DNA of 64,000 nt from Epithemia pelagica (Eukaryota; Protista; Bacillariophyta). The DNA lies in NCBI GenBank assembly GCA_946965045.2, contig OX337236.1, forward strand, positions 930,001-994,000, written 5' to 3'. Each line of letters starts with the position of its first letter. Position 1 is the first letter of the stretch. Made by a program: the position numbers and the translations under genes. Below the pieces are notes generated by a model. That model did no database searches. It was given only the letters and a program-made list of their open reading frames with translations, and had not been told where the DNA came from. Below, in pieces: positions 34,157 through 44,979 of this stretch.

Positions 34157-35103
34157 ATGAAGATCTTTGTGCCGTTCTTCATCATCGCACTTCTTTGTTC
34201 GGTTTCCGTAACAGGAGCGTTTCATGTCAATGCATATGCTACAAGATTTTCTCACAGTGTAAGACGATCAGGCGAAGATCAACTGAATCAAAGGCAACCA
34301 TGGTTTTCCTCGAGAAACACATGCCACACGGCATTGGAAATGATGGTACCTGGTGAGGTAACGGGTGTTTCTTCCCTGTTCGAATCGGTTATATCCATGT
34401 CAATGTCTTCAAGTTCTGCCATTTCGTCTGCATCAATGACACTTTCTGAATCAATCAAAACTCAGTATGAGACATCACCAGAACCAATCCACACGGCGTT
34501 CACAGTCGCAACCTTTCTTCCGCAACCATTTTGGCTGCTCATGATTCTCTTTCCCAAGTCAAGCATTACCAAAAAGATCATGGGTGGACTTGGTACGTGT
34601 CCTGGTTCGTTTTGTCGTTTTGTGTTGGTCACCTTCCTCTAACGGTGAGTTTGGCTGGTGCCTGTTTTCGCTTGACTCGCATTACTATTGGGGTCTATCA
34701 CTCTTCTAAATCGACAGAGATACCCCTCTTGTGCTGCTTGATCCATTTCGTGATTGTGGCATCTAGCATTGCTCAGCAAGGAGCAGGTGTGACGGCTCCA
34801 CTGTCCGAATTCAATGACGTGTTCGATCCCTCAGGTGATCCCCAGAATGCCTTTATGGGCATGGTGTCTAACTATCCTAACTTTGTTGCCGAAGAGTGGT
34901 CTCACGTCTTGACCTGGGATCTGTTTGTTGGTCGGTGGATTTGGCTCGATGGGCTGAAACGCAACATTGCAACCACGGCTCCCGCTGTCCTGTTTTGCAA
35001 TCTAATTGGTCCACCAGGATTGCTCATTCATTGGATTACTTGCACTGTTACGGGAAAGCCAATCTTCGAGCCCTCTGAAAAGGAGGATATTGAAAATTTG
35101 TAG
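34157..35103 (+). CDS. ABA4: ABA DEFICIENT 4-like (DUF4281) plastid membrane protein (intron 34593-34717)
   Basis: Signal peptide + GA-F. PQPFWLLMILFP, EEWSHVLTWDLFVGRWIWLDG, LFCNLIGPPGLLIH. Confidence 0.85.
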
Positions 35104-35548
35104 ATAAAGTTGATACCAAAAGCTACGGCATGCAGCCCCAGCTCTATGGAACAAGATCTATTTTTATTACTCTTGAGAGATTCCATGAAGATGCATGCTT
35201 GTGTTGCAAATGACGGAAAGGATGCTTCCTGAAAGGCATCCATTCCACCTCAGACTCCTTTCTAGAGAGGAATTACGCAAATGCTATGTTGAATCTGCTA
35301 GAGGCGCACTATGTCTTACACATATGACAGGTACAAGTACAACCCCGTGTCGCGTGTCGCGCGTTTGTGCTGTGTGCAGCCTTCTGGTCCCGTCGTACAA
35401 GACTCGTTTCACCGGTTTGCTAGGAGCACGCAGTTAGGCATCCGCGAACTATGGAATTTAGAAAGACAAAATCGGCTCCTAGAAACATGCCAGGCTTGTC
35501 TCACAAAATCAGAAACCTACAAACCAAACCAAACCAAACATACCAATC

Positions 35549-36424
35549 ATGTCGACCACTTTTGAAACCTCAAGCGCCACCTTCCAACCTGAAACTACGA
35601 ATAGTGAAAACAACTACTTCGAATACTCCTCATTCTCCGAGGAAACTGCAGATCTCGTTGAAAATATTCGAAACTTCTTATCGCAATTTGATGGATCAGA
35701 GTACAAGGATGAGAAAGTGTATGCGGCTTTCGAGAAGGTGTTTGATAAGGATGTAAGCGTGCTCACTTTTCCAGCATCAACTAGCGTTGAAGAACATCAG
35801 CATCCTGAGAACAGAGTTACCCTTGACTTTCACAGCTTTTACCATCAAGTCATTGCGGTGTATGGAAAGATGCGTATTCGACTCGAAGATATCTCAATTC
35901 ATGTGCCCTCCGAGAGTGCCGTGGAATATTATTTCAGTGGAAACCATCAAGGCCACAGAGTCACCGTTCACATTTGCGCTGAGACGAGGAATGGGAAGAT
36001 CATTCGCACGCAGCATAAAGACAGGACTTACGCGGCAGTCGAGAATTTCAAACGTCTGGTGAGCCTCTACGATGGTTCGGGCTCGTATGACCGCAATGTC
36101 TGTTACCGTGCATTTTCAGCTGCATTCAATAAGGACGCCATTGCTCTTTCGTACGTCGCTGGAACCGGCATCGATGATTTGGGGGACTCGTCGAAACGCA
36201 TTACTTTTAACTTTGAAGAAATGTTTGAGAACCTCTCCAAGTGGGCGGAAATGATTGAGGGCCCAGTACGCGTTGTCTATGCAAAAGCTATGGAAGGAGG
36301 CATTTTGGAGTACTCGCTGCAGGGAAGTTACAAAGGGTGCTTATTGACCACTCAAAGCAAAGCATCTACACATCATGGAAAGATTGTGTACGTCGAGACC
36401 AAGACTATTCAACAAGATGCGTAA
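35549..36424 (+). CDS. Hypothetical protein made of two tandem homologous domains (NTF2/SnoaL-like by pattern)
   Basis: VENIRNFLSQFDGS..Y.AFEKVFDKD...RVTLDF...VEYYFSG...NGKII versus VENFKRLVSLYDGS..Y.AFSAAFNKD...RITFNF...LEYSLQG...HGKIV. Confidence 0.7.
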   Translation: MSTTFETSSATFQPETTNSENNYFEYSSFSEETADLVENIRNFLSQFDGSEYKDEKVYAAFEKVFDKDVSVLTFPASTSVEEHQHPENRVTLDFHSFYHQVIAVYGKMRIRLEDISIHVPSESAVEYYFSGNHQGHRVTVHICAETRNGKIIRTQHKDRTYAAVENFKRLVSLYDGSGSYDRNVCYRAFSAAFNKDAIALSYVAGTGIDDLGDSSKRITFNFEEMFENLSKWAEMIEGPVRVVYAKAMEGGILEYSLQGSYKGCLLTTQSKASTHHGKIVYVETKTIQQDA

Positions 36425-36559
36425 GGGGATAGTTGTAAGTTGAAGTAAAGATATAACGCCTCTCAATATCCTATCTCGTCAACTTCAGCCTCTGATGTCT
36501 CTGATATGTGTGGTAAGACTACCAAGGAAATGGGACCGGTCTCTGTTTAAAACAGAAAA

Positions 36560-37570
36560 TTAGAGTTTGCTTTTTGGAACATTTTCCTTTCTCGCTGATG
36601 ATCCAATTTGTACTTCCTGCAGGGCCTTGAGCGCCTGTCCAGAATTGAATCGCTCGTCGAGTTTCAAGAGCTGAGGAGGAAAGAAGAAAATTGATCAGAT
36701 GTGGAAAGATGCACGTCATGTCCATTGACTTGTGGAAAAACATACCTCTTCCCGACAAATCTTTCCCATTTCTTGCCTTCTACTTCCTTTCACTAGAGAT
36801 ACAAAATACTGTACAGTCCGGTCACCGCAGGGCAGGCTCAACAACCTTTGCTCAATTTCATTGGCCATTTTTATGGCTAAGCTTTGTGGATGGAATGGAT
36901 CTGTTGTGTTGAGTTCATGATGATCAATGACCTGAGAACCGATATTCCATTGAACAGCAGTCTGTGCGTCAATTTGCTTCCCCAACAACAGCAATTCGTT
37001 CGCCTTTGACAGCCCCATGGTGCGCAGAAAGGTTTGGGAAGAACAAAGTTCAGGAACCAAGGCAAGCCGCGTAAACGGTGCCCAGAGAGTCGCTTTGGAT
37101 GACAAATATACCAAATCACAATGCATCAACAAGGTGCAGGCAATACCAACGGCTGGACCTTGGACAGCCGCAGCGATTATTTTGGGATAGTCTATTAATG
37201 CCATCATGAAACGACCAGTCGGCTTGTACAACGTTTGGCGTCCCAATAGACTGTCTAGTTCTTCGGTGATAGTCTCAAAGCTTGCCTTGATATCTGCGCC
37301 ACTGCTGAAGAATGATCCCGATCCTGTGAGTACAATGGCGTCCACTGTCGAGTCTGGCGGTGCAGTCAAGTGCAAAAGATCTATCAAGTCGAGATACATG
37401 GCATCGTGAAAGGCATTACGGACGCGTGGACGGTGGAGAGACACCAACAAAATATTTCCCTGTTTCCCATGCCGACGAACAAGTAGATTGCCTCGACCAA
37501 ACGACACCGGAGCTGACAACGATAAGGAGCCACTCTTGGGCAACTGTGGGAGTTTCGACTCTTCACTCAT
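36560..37570 (-). CDS. ECI: Peroxisomal delta3,delta2-enoyl-CoA isomerase / crotonase family (intron 36745-36671), PTS1 SKL
   Basis: LHRPRVRNAF, LTGSGSFFSSGADI, AAVQGPAVGIACTLLMHCD, PFTRLALVPE. Spliced exon 2 ends ...NVPKSKL-stop. Confidence 0.9.
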
Positions 37571-37653
37571 GAGCACCACTTCATTGTGACGAGATGTGTT
37601 GTTGCACAGATAAGATGAGCTAAAGGAAGCGATCCAAAAGCTAACAAACCGGT

Positions 37654-37767
37654 TATCCCTAGCGGAAGAGTGAGTCGTGCTCGTGAATGGCGAGTGGTTC
37701 CAAGCGAGTTGAGTATCAGAATGCACCCTCTCATTCACGACCAGGACTCACCCCTACGCTGGGGGTA
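37654..37767. mobile_element. 114-bp MITE of the same Mutator-like family as 15220-17030
   Basis: Ends TATCCCTAGCGGAAGAGTGAGTC and GGACTCACCCCTACGCTGGGGGTA. The right 60 bp match the left TIR of the 15220 element. Flanking ACAAACCGGT / CCAAACCGGT (9/10 TSD). Confidence 0.88.
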
Positions 37768-38100
37768 CCAAACCGGTGCGCAACCAGTCGAAATAGAGGA
37801 GTAGAGGAGGTAACACACACGTAGAGGTCATAGCTCTCGTTTTCTATTATCTCTCTTTGTTTTTTTTGTGCCTGACAAAGACATGCCGATTGCCGATGCC
37901 ATTTGTAGTCAACGCAGAAAACAAGTGCTCACTAACCAAAACATAGTGATAGGCAGAGAAAGACCATATGACATTTAATTTGTGATGTGCGTAACTACCT
38001 AGCCAAATGGGGAGATCTTTTCTTCCTTAGAAATCCACCACGCGTAATGTTGAAATAGCTTATGAATTGGTGATGTCTCATTACCATGCAAGGTGTGATC

Positions 38101-41100
38101 TTAGAAGATCCGATTGAGAATTCGTTGTGCTGAAAGGGCAGCAGATGCGTCCTTTCGACTGTTCGAAGTGGCAACCAGTTTCATCAAGGCCGACTTCAAC
38201 TCCAACGCTTTTCGGGGTGCTTTGCCTGGTCGTGCAACCATCAACGTCGTCGAGGCCAAGGCTGTCAAATCAATCTGAGCTTGTTTCAGAATACCGTCTG
38301 GCCTCCACAACAGCAACGACAGAATCAAAAGACAATTTGAAAGACTCGCATCCCAATAGGCGGAATCTTCTTGTTCCTGTTTTTGGTCAGCCGAGAGCAG
38401 AGCTTCCGAAGACGACTTCTTCCCCACAGTCTTTGATGTCGATGTGTTGGTGCTAGTGCCTGTCTTAGGATCCATGCGCCATTGGATTAAGTGCAAGAAG
38501 GATACCAATACATCTTGTGTGAAAACGCGATCCATAAACTCCTTTCCCCTAACCATCAGGAGGGCCATGGATAAATGATATGATAATTCCGCGGCATGGA
38601 GTCGCTGAGCTTGTTTGGCAGTCGAACGTGCTGTTGTACATAACTTCACTGTTTTCTGGAAGTGCGTGGCAATCGCCGTTCCCGCCACCTCTTGCTGCTC
38701 GGTCGAGAGAGAATCGAACACCACGACAATACCCGCGATTGCGGTGGAATGCAACAAATTGGCATTAAGAGTTGGGGTGGCTTTGAGCTTGTGTTCCGAT
38801 GTGAGGGCTGCCAACAACACGGCCGAAAGCCGATCCGTAGAATCCTTATCTTCGCCGGCCACAAACGGTGAAAGAGCCGATACCAACTTCAAACCAGCAA
38901 AGCGAAGTTCAGCGACCGACGTATCGCCGGCCAATGAAGACAACGCTTTCGTGAAAGTTTCATTTTCCACCAACAATTGACGAGCGGACTGCATAGGCGC
39001 AAGTGCAGACAACAGCAAACAAGCGGATACGCCCCGCTCACTTTCCCCAATAGGAGCTAGCTCGTCTTCTTCGTCGTCTTCCACTAGAGCCGGTGAAGCC
39101 ACTGCTCTTGCAATCATATCATTGTAGCTGGGAGGTGGCGGTGGAGGGGCGCTTGGTGCACTTGGAGGCGGCGGTGATTCTTTTTCATCCTCTTCATCGT
39201 CCTCCTCGTCAGCAAAGACGCCCGTATTGCCTTGTGTGTCATCCACGTCCTCATCGTCATCTTCTTCTTCACCTTCATCAGCAAAACCCGAGAGTGAAAT
39301 GAGAATTTGTCGTGCCCTTTCAACGCAGCTGTCACAATGTTCCGATTTGGCAACTGCTGTTCGTCCCTTGGCAGAAGCATCTGAGCACAAACGTGCCAAC
39401 AGTTCAAATGCCACCCCTTCTAGTTGCTGTCGACGCTTACTGTCTAGAGAGGATTTGTTGTCTGCAGAAAAGATTTTGAGAACTACTTCGTGTGCGTCTC
39501 CTTCCAACAACACAGTTGCATCCGTCTCGCACGCCTTCTTAAGAGCACCCATGGCAGATACATTTCCTTCGGCTGCTACCAAACTGAGAGCATGCAAACC
39601 ACCGAGCGATCGGATAATCTTGAGTGCTGTTTCATGCTGTGCAATGGCGCAAAGCATGGCCAAGTCGGGCGCATCCATAAGACTATCTTCTTCTTCATCG
39701 TCGTCATCCTCCATTTCATATATCTGGAGCTTCGCACGTTCCAGAAAGCGCGACAACACCATTTGGCAAATCTTACTACCCAGGTTTTGGGCAATGGATT
39801 CGGCCTCTGCCGCTGACAACGAAATTTTCTTCTTTCCTCGAACCGTGACAGTGCACAATTCCACAAGACACTTCATGAGCACGCTCGACAGCTGGTTCGA
39901 GGTCGTATCCACTTCTTCTTCTTCGTCGTCTTCAGGACGTTCAGCGGACGTGCGTTGTTCTTCCTCAGCCAAACAGGCTGCCGCTAACGCTTGAATGGCA
40001 CTGCTTCGTACATGAAACTTTTCGACGGCTCGGGTCAACAACCCACTTTCAGCCAATTTTCCCAAGGTGGATGCCAAGAATCGACGAATGTCGGATACAC
40101 TTCGTGTGGTCTCCACGGCTGTCGCTGCGGCACTGGTGTCCAGCTTGAGCCAATCCAACAGCGACTGGAGCGCTGCCTCTCCTTCAACAAACAGATGCAA
40201 CACGTCATCTGCCTGTCGTTTCACAATGTTTTCGATCAAATCAAAGGCCAAATCCAGCAAGGCGGGATCTTTCCACAAAGACAAACACGTGTGTGGAACA
40301 TTAAAGGATACAACCAAAGACACCATGAACGCATCGTCATCTTCATCGTCATTCTCATGTACTTCTTCCAAGGCATCCTTAAGCCGTTCCAACAAACGGT
40401 AACGGACAAGAGGTCTCGTTATTGTCAAATATTCTTGCTTGCGACGAGCCTCCTTAGGAACAAGTGGTTTGTAGTCAATCGTCATTAATGCCAAAAAGTG
40501 CGCAGCAAAGGCCGCGGACAGTCGAAGCCCATCGGATGACGCTTGGGCACCGTTTTCAAGCCAGACATGATTCCAAAAGGCATCACTAGCTTTCGATTCA
40601 ATGGCACACGCAAAAACACAAGCCATGTATAAAACTGCCGCAGCGGCATGATGGGTGTCGTCGTAACCTCCACAAGACTCTTGAACCAAAATCAAGGGAT
40701 CGCCATACAACGCTGGAATGTCAAAGGCGGCACCCTCATCGTGGTCATCATCTCCATCGTGACGCGGCACTTTCATGTTGGTCTTTAGCAAGAGGGTCGA
40801 ACACAATGCCCGAACAAATTGGGGTTCCATGGCCATTGCCTCCAAAAAGGCCTTGGCGGCTGGTGCTTGCAACACATGCTCAATGGGAGTTTCGGCCGGT
40901 GTGATATCTAACAAGATACTGGACAAGATCTCCAATCCCAAAAAGGTCACATCAGCACGACTATCGGTTGGCTTCCTCGGTTTTAGTGTCGCTGATTTCC
41001 CCAAGGCGGCACAAATCGATCGAACCATCGTCCCATCCAACAACCGCGCCTTGCGTCGTGCCTGTGAATTCATAGCAATCACATGGAGAACTTCCAAAGC

Positions 41101-44100
41101 CAACATGGGAACTTCATTACCTTCCTCGTTTCCTTGTTGCTTGTCCAACAACAAATTTCCCAAAGCATCACATAAACCATTTTCGGCTGCCGATACGGCA
41201 TGAGAAGGAACTTGCACAATTTGTAAAACAGACCGCAATGCGGCACACCTTGTTTGTTGACGACGCGGATCCAAGGCCGCAGTCGATGTGCCCACACTCA
41301 TCTGCAAAAAGCGCACAATCGATGGTAGGGCATCACTGGAAATGGAACTCCAAAGAGACGCATTGCGACTCAGTGCTTCCAATGCTCGAATACATTCGGC
41401 CTTGAGAGACTCTTGTCGTTCCATTTGATCCAGAGTCGCATGAGGGTTCATCGGTAAGGTCAAAACGTTCGTAGCGACTCGAATGGCATTTCGTACGGAT
41501 TCCAATCCTCCACCACCCGCCGCGACATGAGGTCCACAGAACCGAACCAACGCCAAGGAGGCAGAAAACTTGTACAAATCGCCTCCACTCAAAGCCGTTC
41601 GGAGAGAATCACTGATAGGTACCAAAATACCGCTGGTTGCCAATTTCGCATGTTGTTCCTTTCCACCATGTTGACAAATGGCCAAGGCCAAACGAACCGA
41701 TGACAAGGCTGTAGCTTCACCCAAACCACCCACCAACATGGTTGGCAAAAGGGCAGGACCTTGTCGGGTACCGCGGATCACGACATCTGTAGCCAAACTA
41801 CACAAATGGGAACGACGGCCAACATACATATCGGGAGGCGGAGGCAAGGCGGCAGCTGTGCCAGTTGCACTGTCTAGAGATAGTTCGTCCGCTACCAAGG
41901 CATCGGTATGTTCGACGACATTGGGTGCAGAAGGCGATCCGCACAAACTTCCAGCCGCCAAAAGCGCGGCATCCACGAGATCCATGACGGCAGCTTGGTA
42001 TTCTTGTCCCGACGAAAACGGTGCCGAGCCCATGAGACTGTTGCGAGCCTTGGACGATGACGTTTGAAGGACTGAAAGAGCGGCTTCCATGACATTTTGT
42101 GGCAACTTGTCGCCCTTGCGATAGTTGCGAGCATCAACATCCACGGCATCCATGAGTCGACGCATACCAATTTTGGTCTGATCCGCACCGAGTGCAATTC
42201 CAAACAGACAACACACCAACCGACAAGCCGCTGCCTTGCCTTTCATGGCTCCAATTGCCTTGAAACTGGAATCCCACTCAATCTTGGCATTCAACACCCG
42301 TGACAAGTACGGAACAATGCCAGCGTCCAGCACTTCAATCGTTGCATCGAGAAGTTCCGAAGCACCACTGTTCAGGTTACCGCTGGTCTGCGCTTGGTGC
42401 TGCTGTTGTTGTTCTTGCCAGGCAAAGAGGAAAATGGATGCCACTGTTTCCAGGACACCACAGCACCGGGGTGCGGTATCTCCTCGCAGGGTAGAAGGAA
42501 TGGTGGCACTTATATCATTGGTAGCTGCCACGAGGGACGACAATACTTGAGGGCGGGTTTGCAAATTCATAATGGCTTCCGCAGAGCAGGACGTGAGGGA
42601 TCCTAAACAGATTGCCGCCGCTTCACGAATTCGCGACGAGGGTGGTTGAACATCCTTTCCTCCTCCGGTACCACTGCCTCCTCCCAAACTTCCCGATTGG
42701 ACCAGATCGAGACAGGCATCCACCACACCTTCTTGATTCATGAGGGACAAGGCCGTTTTAAACTTGTCTGGCACTCCTACCGGATTTTCTTCCAATCCCT
42801 GTTCGTACTTGCCCTGCGACCACGCCTGTCCCATGTCACCAATACCATACACAATGGCAGCCAAGGTTTCCGTGGCAATCAATCGCAACTCGGTAGGCCG
42901 TTGTCCATCCGAGGCCCGCACCAGAGACAAGAGAGCTGGTAAACAGGATCCGGTACTGATATCCAGGGCCGCTTCGCGACAGGCTCCACTTCCTGTCGTA
43001 TCTTGGTCCAACTGGTATCCCGACGAGACCACCATCCAACTACCGGCCGTGGCGGTCGTGGACAGATTGATCAAGAGAGGTTGGACCAACGAGTTGAGGA
43101 ATTGACATCCCATGCGCGCCACACCATGATCGGCCGAGAGTAAAAGAGAGGCCACCGAGTCGGCGCATCCTCCTCCCGCCACAATGGATCGTACCAGGGC
43201 TCCATCGCCGTGGTCCACTCGTCCCGCACTCCCTCCCGTCAATTCAGCCAAGGTGGCCATACTGGAATTGACCGTCCGCGTCGACGTCAAGGAAGTTCCC
43301 AGGGCAGCCACGGCGTGTGCTCGGGTATCGGCATCGTCGACCGACAAGAGGGAACACAATATCATCATTCCTCCCGTTTCAATCAACTGCGGCAAAACTG
43401 ATTCGTATCGTAGGGCACTGGCGGGTTCGCCCACCGCTACCAAGGCGGCGACATCATTGACAGCCAAACATGCCCGACGTTCGTCTTCGGCCAAAATGGT
43501 TTGAATGCATGCGGCAGCCCATCGAGACAAATTGGGATTCTTACGATTGGACGAGTGATCCAACATGCTTTGTACGGCACGCAACAAGTCCAAATGCAAT
43601 ACAACGTCACCACCACTGTAACTGGTTTCTTCACTTTCCTTTTCTTCGCCCGAATCTTGAGACATGTCCGATGATGAAGAAGCGGCCTTTTCCACAACAC
43701 CCAAAACAGTTTTACGTTCCGTCAAGTAAAAGACAGTCCGTGCGGCTTGTTCCTGGACGTAGAGCGTTTTGCGATCTGATCCAGATCGTTCCAATACGGA
43801 CAACAAATGATTCAGGGCTGACTTGGATTTGTACATGGGGAGGGCGTATTCAGCCGTGCTTTCCGCCAAGGCCTTGGTGGCCAGCAAGGCGGCCATGCAC
43901 TGAACGGTTCGATCGGCCGTTTCGGGTTGAGCCAAATGTTTGAGAATTTCCGGTACCAAGACTTGCGGGGGAATGGATTTGGCATCCATATTGGAGGTGT
44001 TGCCCGTTTGCAAGGTTTGTTCCATATCTTGCGTAAATGCGGAAAGGGCAGCATTGACATTGGAAGCCGTGGCAACGCCACTGACATCAAGATCGTGTCC

Positions 44101-44979
44101 ATCGCCGCCATTGTACAAATGCAATGGCGTAAAGTATCGACGAAGCGAGAAAAAGTTTCCAGCCTCGACATCCTGATAACAGAAATCACATACCCGAACA
44201 GGCTTTTCAAATTCAGGCCCTTCCAAGGGAAGGGTGCATCGATTCAAAGAACAGTTGTCACAAAAGACATCTCCACACAAGCGGCAATGATGACGACGGA
44301 CGCGCATGGTGAAGAGGATACCGCAACTGGGACAGTTGGTACGCAAGGCATCGGCTACCTTTTGAACGGAGAATTCCAAGGCCGGAAAGGCATCCGAAAA
44401 GTCGACACCCATGGAGGAAGAGGAGGGAGGTTGACTGTAATAGGCCATTTCTTGTTGATAGGAGCGACCCCAATTCGAGTAGGACGATGAAGACGAGGCA
44501 GGGTCGTTACTCGAAGTAGCCGGTGCCGTTCCTGTGTAACGAGCACGACTGCTGCTACTCCTCAAGGCTGCCGCCACCGCCGTGGAAGAAGCATTGCCTG
44601 AAGTGGGCGGTGTCGCGACGGCAGGCCGCAACATTGCCGACGGATCATTCATGTGATCATTTTCCATCTTGGGACGCGTCCATGTCGTAATCTTGCGTTC
44701 GTGATCGACGTAGAACGGCTTGCCAGTCGTGGGATCGTGCATCACTTCCCAATTCGAAGGCAGGGGAGAATTGTCGTCGTCGTCTCCTTCAAAGTCGCGT
44801 TCGTCCACTCCCAGCGATTCCTTGGTTTCTTCTTCCTCGGCTTCATCGATCCAATCCGATGGGGCTTCCCACTGCGTTTTCCTCGTAATGTGATTCGCAT
44901 AAAATACACGACCCGTCTTGGGGTCTTTCGATTTCACCCACCCTTGCAAAGCGGCAGGATTGCTCGACGAGGCAGTCAT
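38101..44979 (-). CDS. 2292-aa protein: two WW domains, FYVE zinc finger, long armadillo/HEAT-like helical region
   Basis: GWVKSKDPKTGRVFYANHITRKTQWEAP, LPSNWEVMHDPTTGKPFYVDHERKITTWTRP, CPSC...RRHHCRLCGDVFCDNC...VRVCDFC. Uninterrupted 6.9 kb ORF. Confidence 0.92.
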   Translation of the reverse strand: MTASSSNPAALQGWVKSKDPKTGRVFYANHITRKTQWEAPSDWIDEAEEEETKESLGVDERDFEGDDDDNSPLPSNWEVMHDPTTGKPFYVDHERKITTWTRPKMENDHMNDPSAMLRPAVATPPTSGNASSTAVAAALRSSSSRARYTGTAPATSSNDPASSSSSYSNWGRSYQQEMAYYSQPPSSSSMGVDFSDAFPALEFSVQKVADALRTNCPSCGILFTMRVRRHHCRLCGDVFCDNCSLNRCTLPLEGPEFEKPVRVCDFCYQDVEAGNFFSLRRYFTPLHLYNGGDGHDLDVSGVATASNVNAALSAFTQDMEQTLQTGNTSNMDAKSIPPQVLVPEILKHLAQPETADRTVQCMAALLATKALAESTAEYALPMYKSKSALNHLLSVLERSGSDRKTLYVQEQAARTVFYLTERKTVLGVVEKAASSSSDMSQDSGEEKESEETSYSGGDVVLHLDLLRAVQSMLDHSSNRKNPNLSRWAAACIQTILAEDERRACLAVNDVAALVAVGEPASALRYESVLPQLIETGGMMILCSLLSVDDADTRAHAVAALGTSLTSTRTVNSSMATLAELTGGSAGRVDHGDGALVRSIVAGGGCADSVASLLLSADHGVARMGCQFLNSLVQPLLINLSTTATAGSWMVVSSGYQLDQDTTGSGACREAALDISTGSCLPALLSLVRASDGQRPTELRLIATETLAAIVYGIGDMGQAWSQGKYEQGLEENPVGVPDKFKTALSLMNQEGVVDACLDLVQSGSLGGGSGTGGGKDVQPPSSRIREAAAICLGSLTSCSAEAIMNLQTRPQVLSSLVAATNDISATIPSTLRGDTAPRCCGVLETVASIFLFAWQEQQQQHQAQTSGNLNSGASELLDATIEVLDAGIVPYLSRVLNAKIEWDSSFKAIGAMKGKAAACRLVCCLFGIALGADQTKIGMRRLMDAVDVDARNYRKGDKLPQNVMEAALSVLQTSSSKARNSLMGSAPFSSGQEYQAAVMDLVDAALLAAGSLCGSPSAPNVVEHTDALVADELSLDSATGTAAALPPPPDMYVGRRSHLCSLATDVVIRGTRQGPALLPTMLVGGLGEATALSSVRLALAICQHGGKEQHAKLATSGILVPISDSLRTALSGGDLYKFSASLALVRFCGPHVAAGGGGLESVRNAIRVATNVLTLPMNPHATLDQMERQESLKAECIRALEALSRNASLWSSISSDALPSIVRFLQMSVGTSTAALDPRRQQTRCAALRSVLQIVQVPSHAVSAAENGLCDALGNLLLDKQQGNEEGNEVPMLALEVLHVIAMNSQARRKARLLDGTMVRSICAALGKSATLKPRKPTDSRADVTFLGLEILSSILLDITPAETPIEHVLQAPAAKAFLEAMAMEPQFVRALCSTLLLKTNMKVPRHDGDDDHDEGAAFDIPALYGDPLILVQESCGGYDDTHHAAAAVLYMACVFACAIESKASDAFWNHVWLENGAQASSDGLRLSAAFAAHFLALMTIDYKPLVPKEARRKQEYLTITRPLVRYRLLERLKDALEEVHENDDEDDDAFMVSLVVSFNVPHTCLSLWKDPALLDLAFDLIENIVKRQADDVLHLFVEGEAALQSLLDWLKLDTSAAATAVETTRSVSDIRRFLASTLGKLAESGLLTRAVEKFHVRSSAIQALAAACLAEEEQRTSAERPEDDEEEEVDTTSNQLSSVLMKCLVELCTVTVRGKKKISLSAAEAESIAQNLGSKICQMVLSRFLERAKLQIYEMEDDDDEEEDSLMDAPDLAMLCAIAQHETALKIIRSLGGLHALSLVAAEGNVSAMGALKKACETDATVLLEGDAHEVVLKIFSADNKSSLDSKRRQQLEGVAFELLARLCSDASAKGRTAVAKSEHCDSCVERARQILISLSGFADEGEEEDDDEDVDDTQGNTGVFADEEDDEEDEKESPPPPSAPSAPPPPPPSYNDMIARAVASPALVEDDEEDELAPIGESERGVSACLLLSALAPMQSARQLLVENETFTKALSSLAGDTSVAELRFAGLKLVSALSPFVAGEDKDSTDRLSAVLLAALTSEHKLKATPTLNANLLHSTAIAGIVVVFDSLSTEQQEVAGTAIATHFQKTVKLCTTARSTAKQAQRLHAAELSYHLSMALLMVRGKEFMDRVFTQDVLVSFLHLIQWRMDPKTGTSTNTSTSKTVGKKSSSEALLSADQKQEQEDSAYWDASLSNCLLILSLLLWRPDGILKQAQIDLTALASTTLMVARPGKAPRKALELKSALMKLVATSNSRKDASAALSAQRILNRIF

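Noticed and set aside
33851-34255. N-terminal 135 aa of the 431-aa scramblase ORF
   Set aside because: Overlaps the start of the divergent ABA4-like gene and has no homology signal; the true start is probably 33850.
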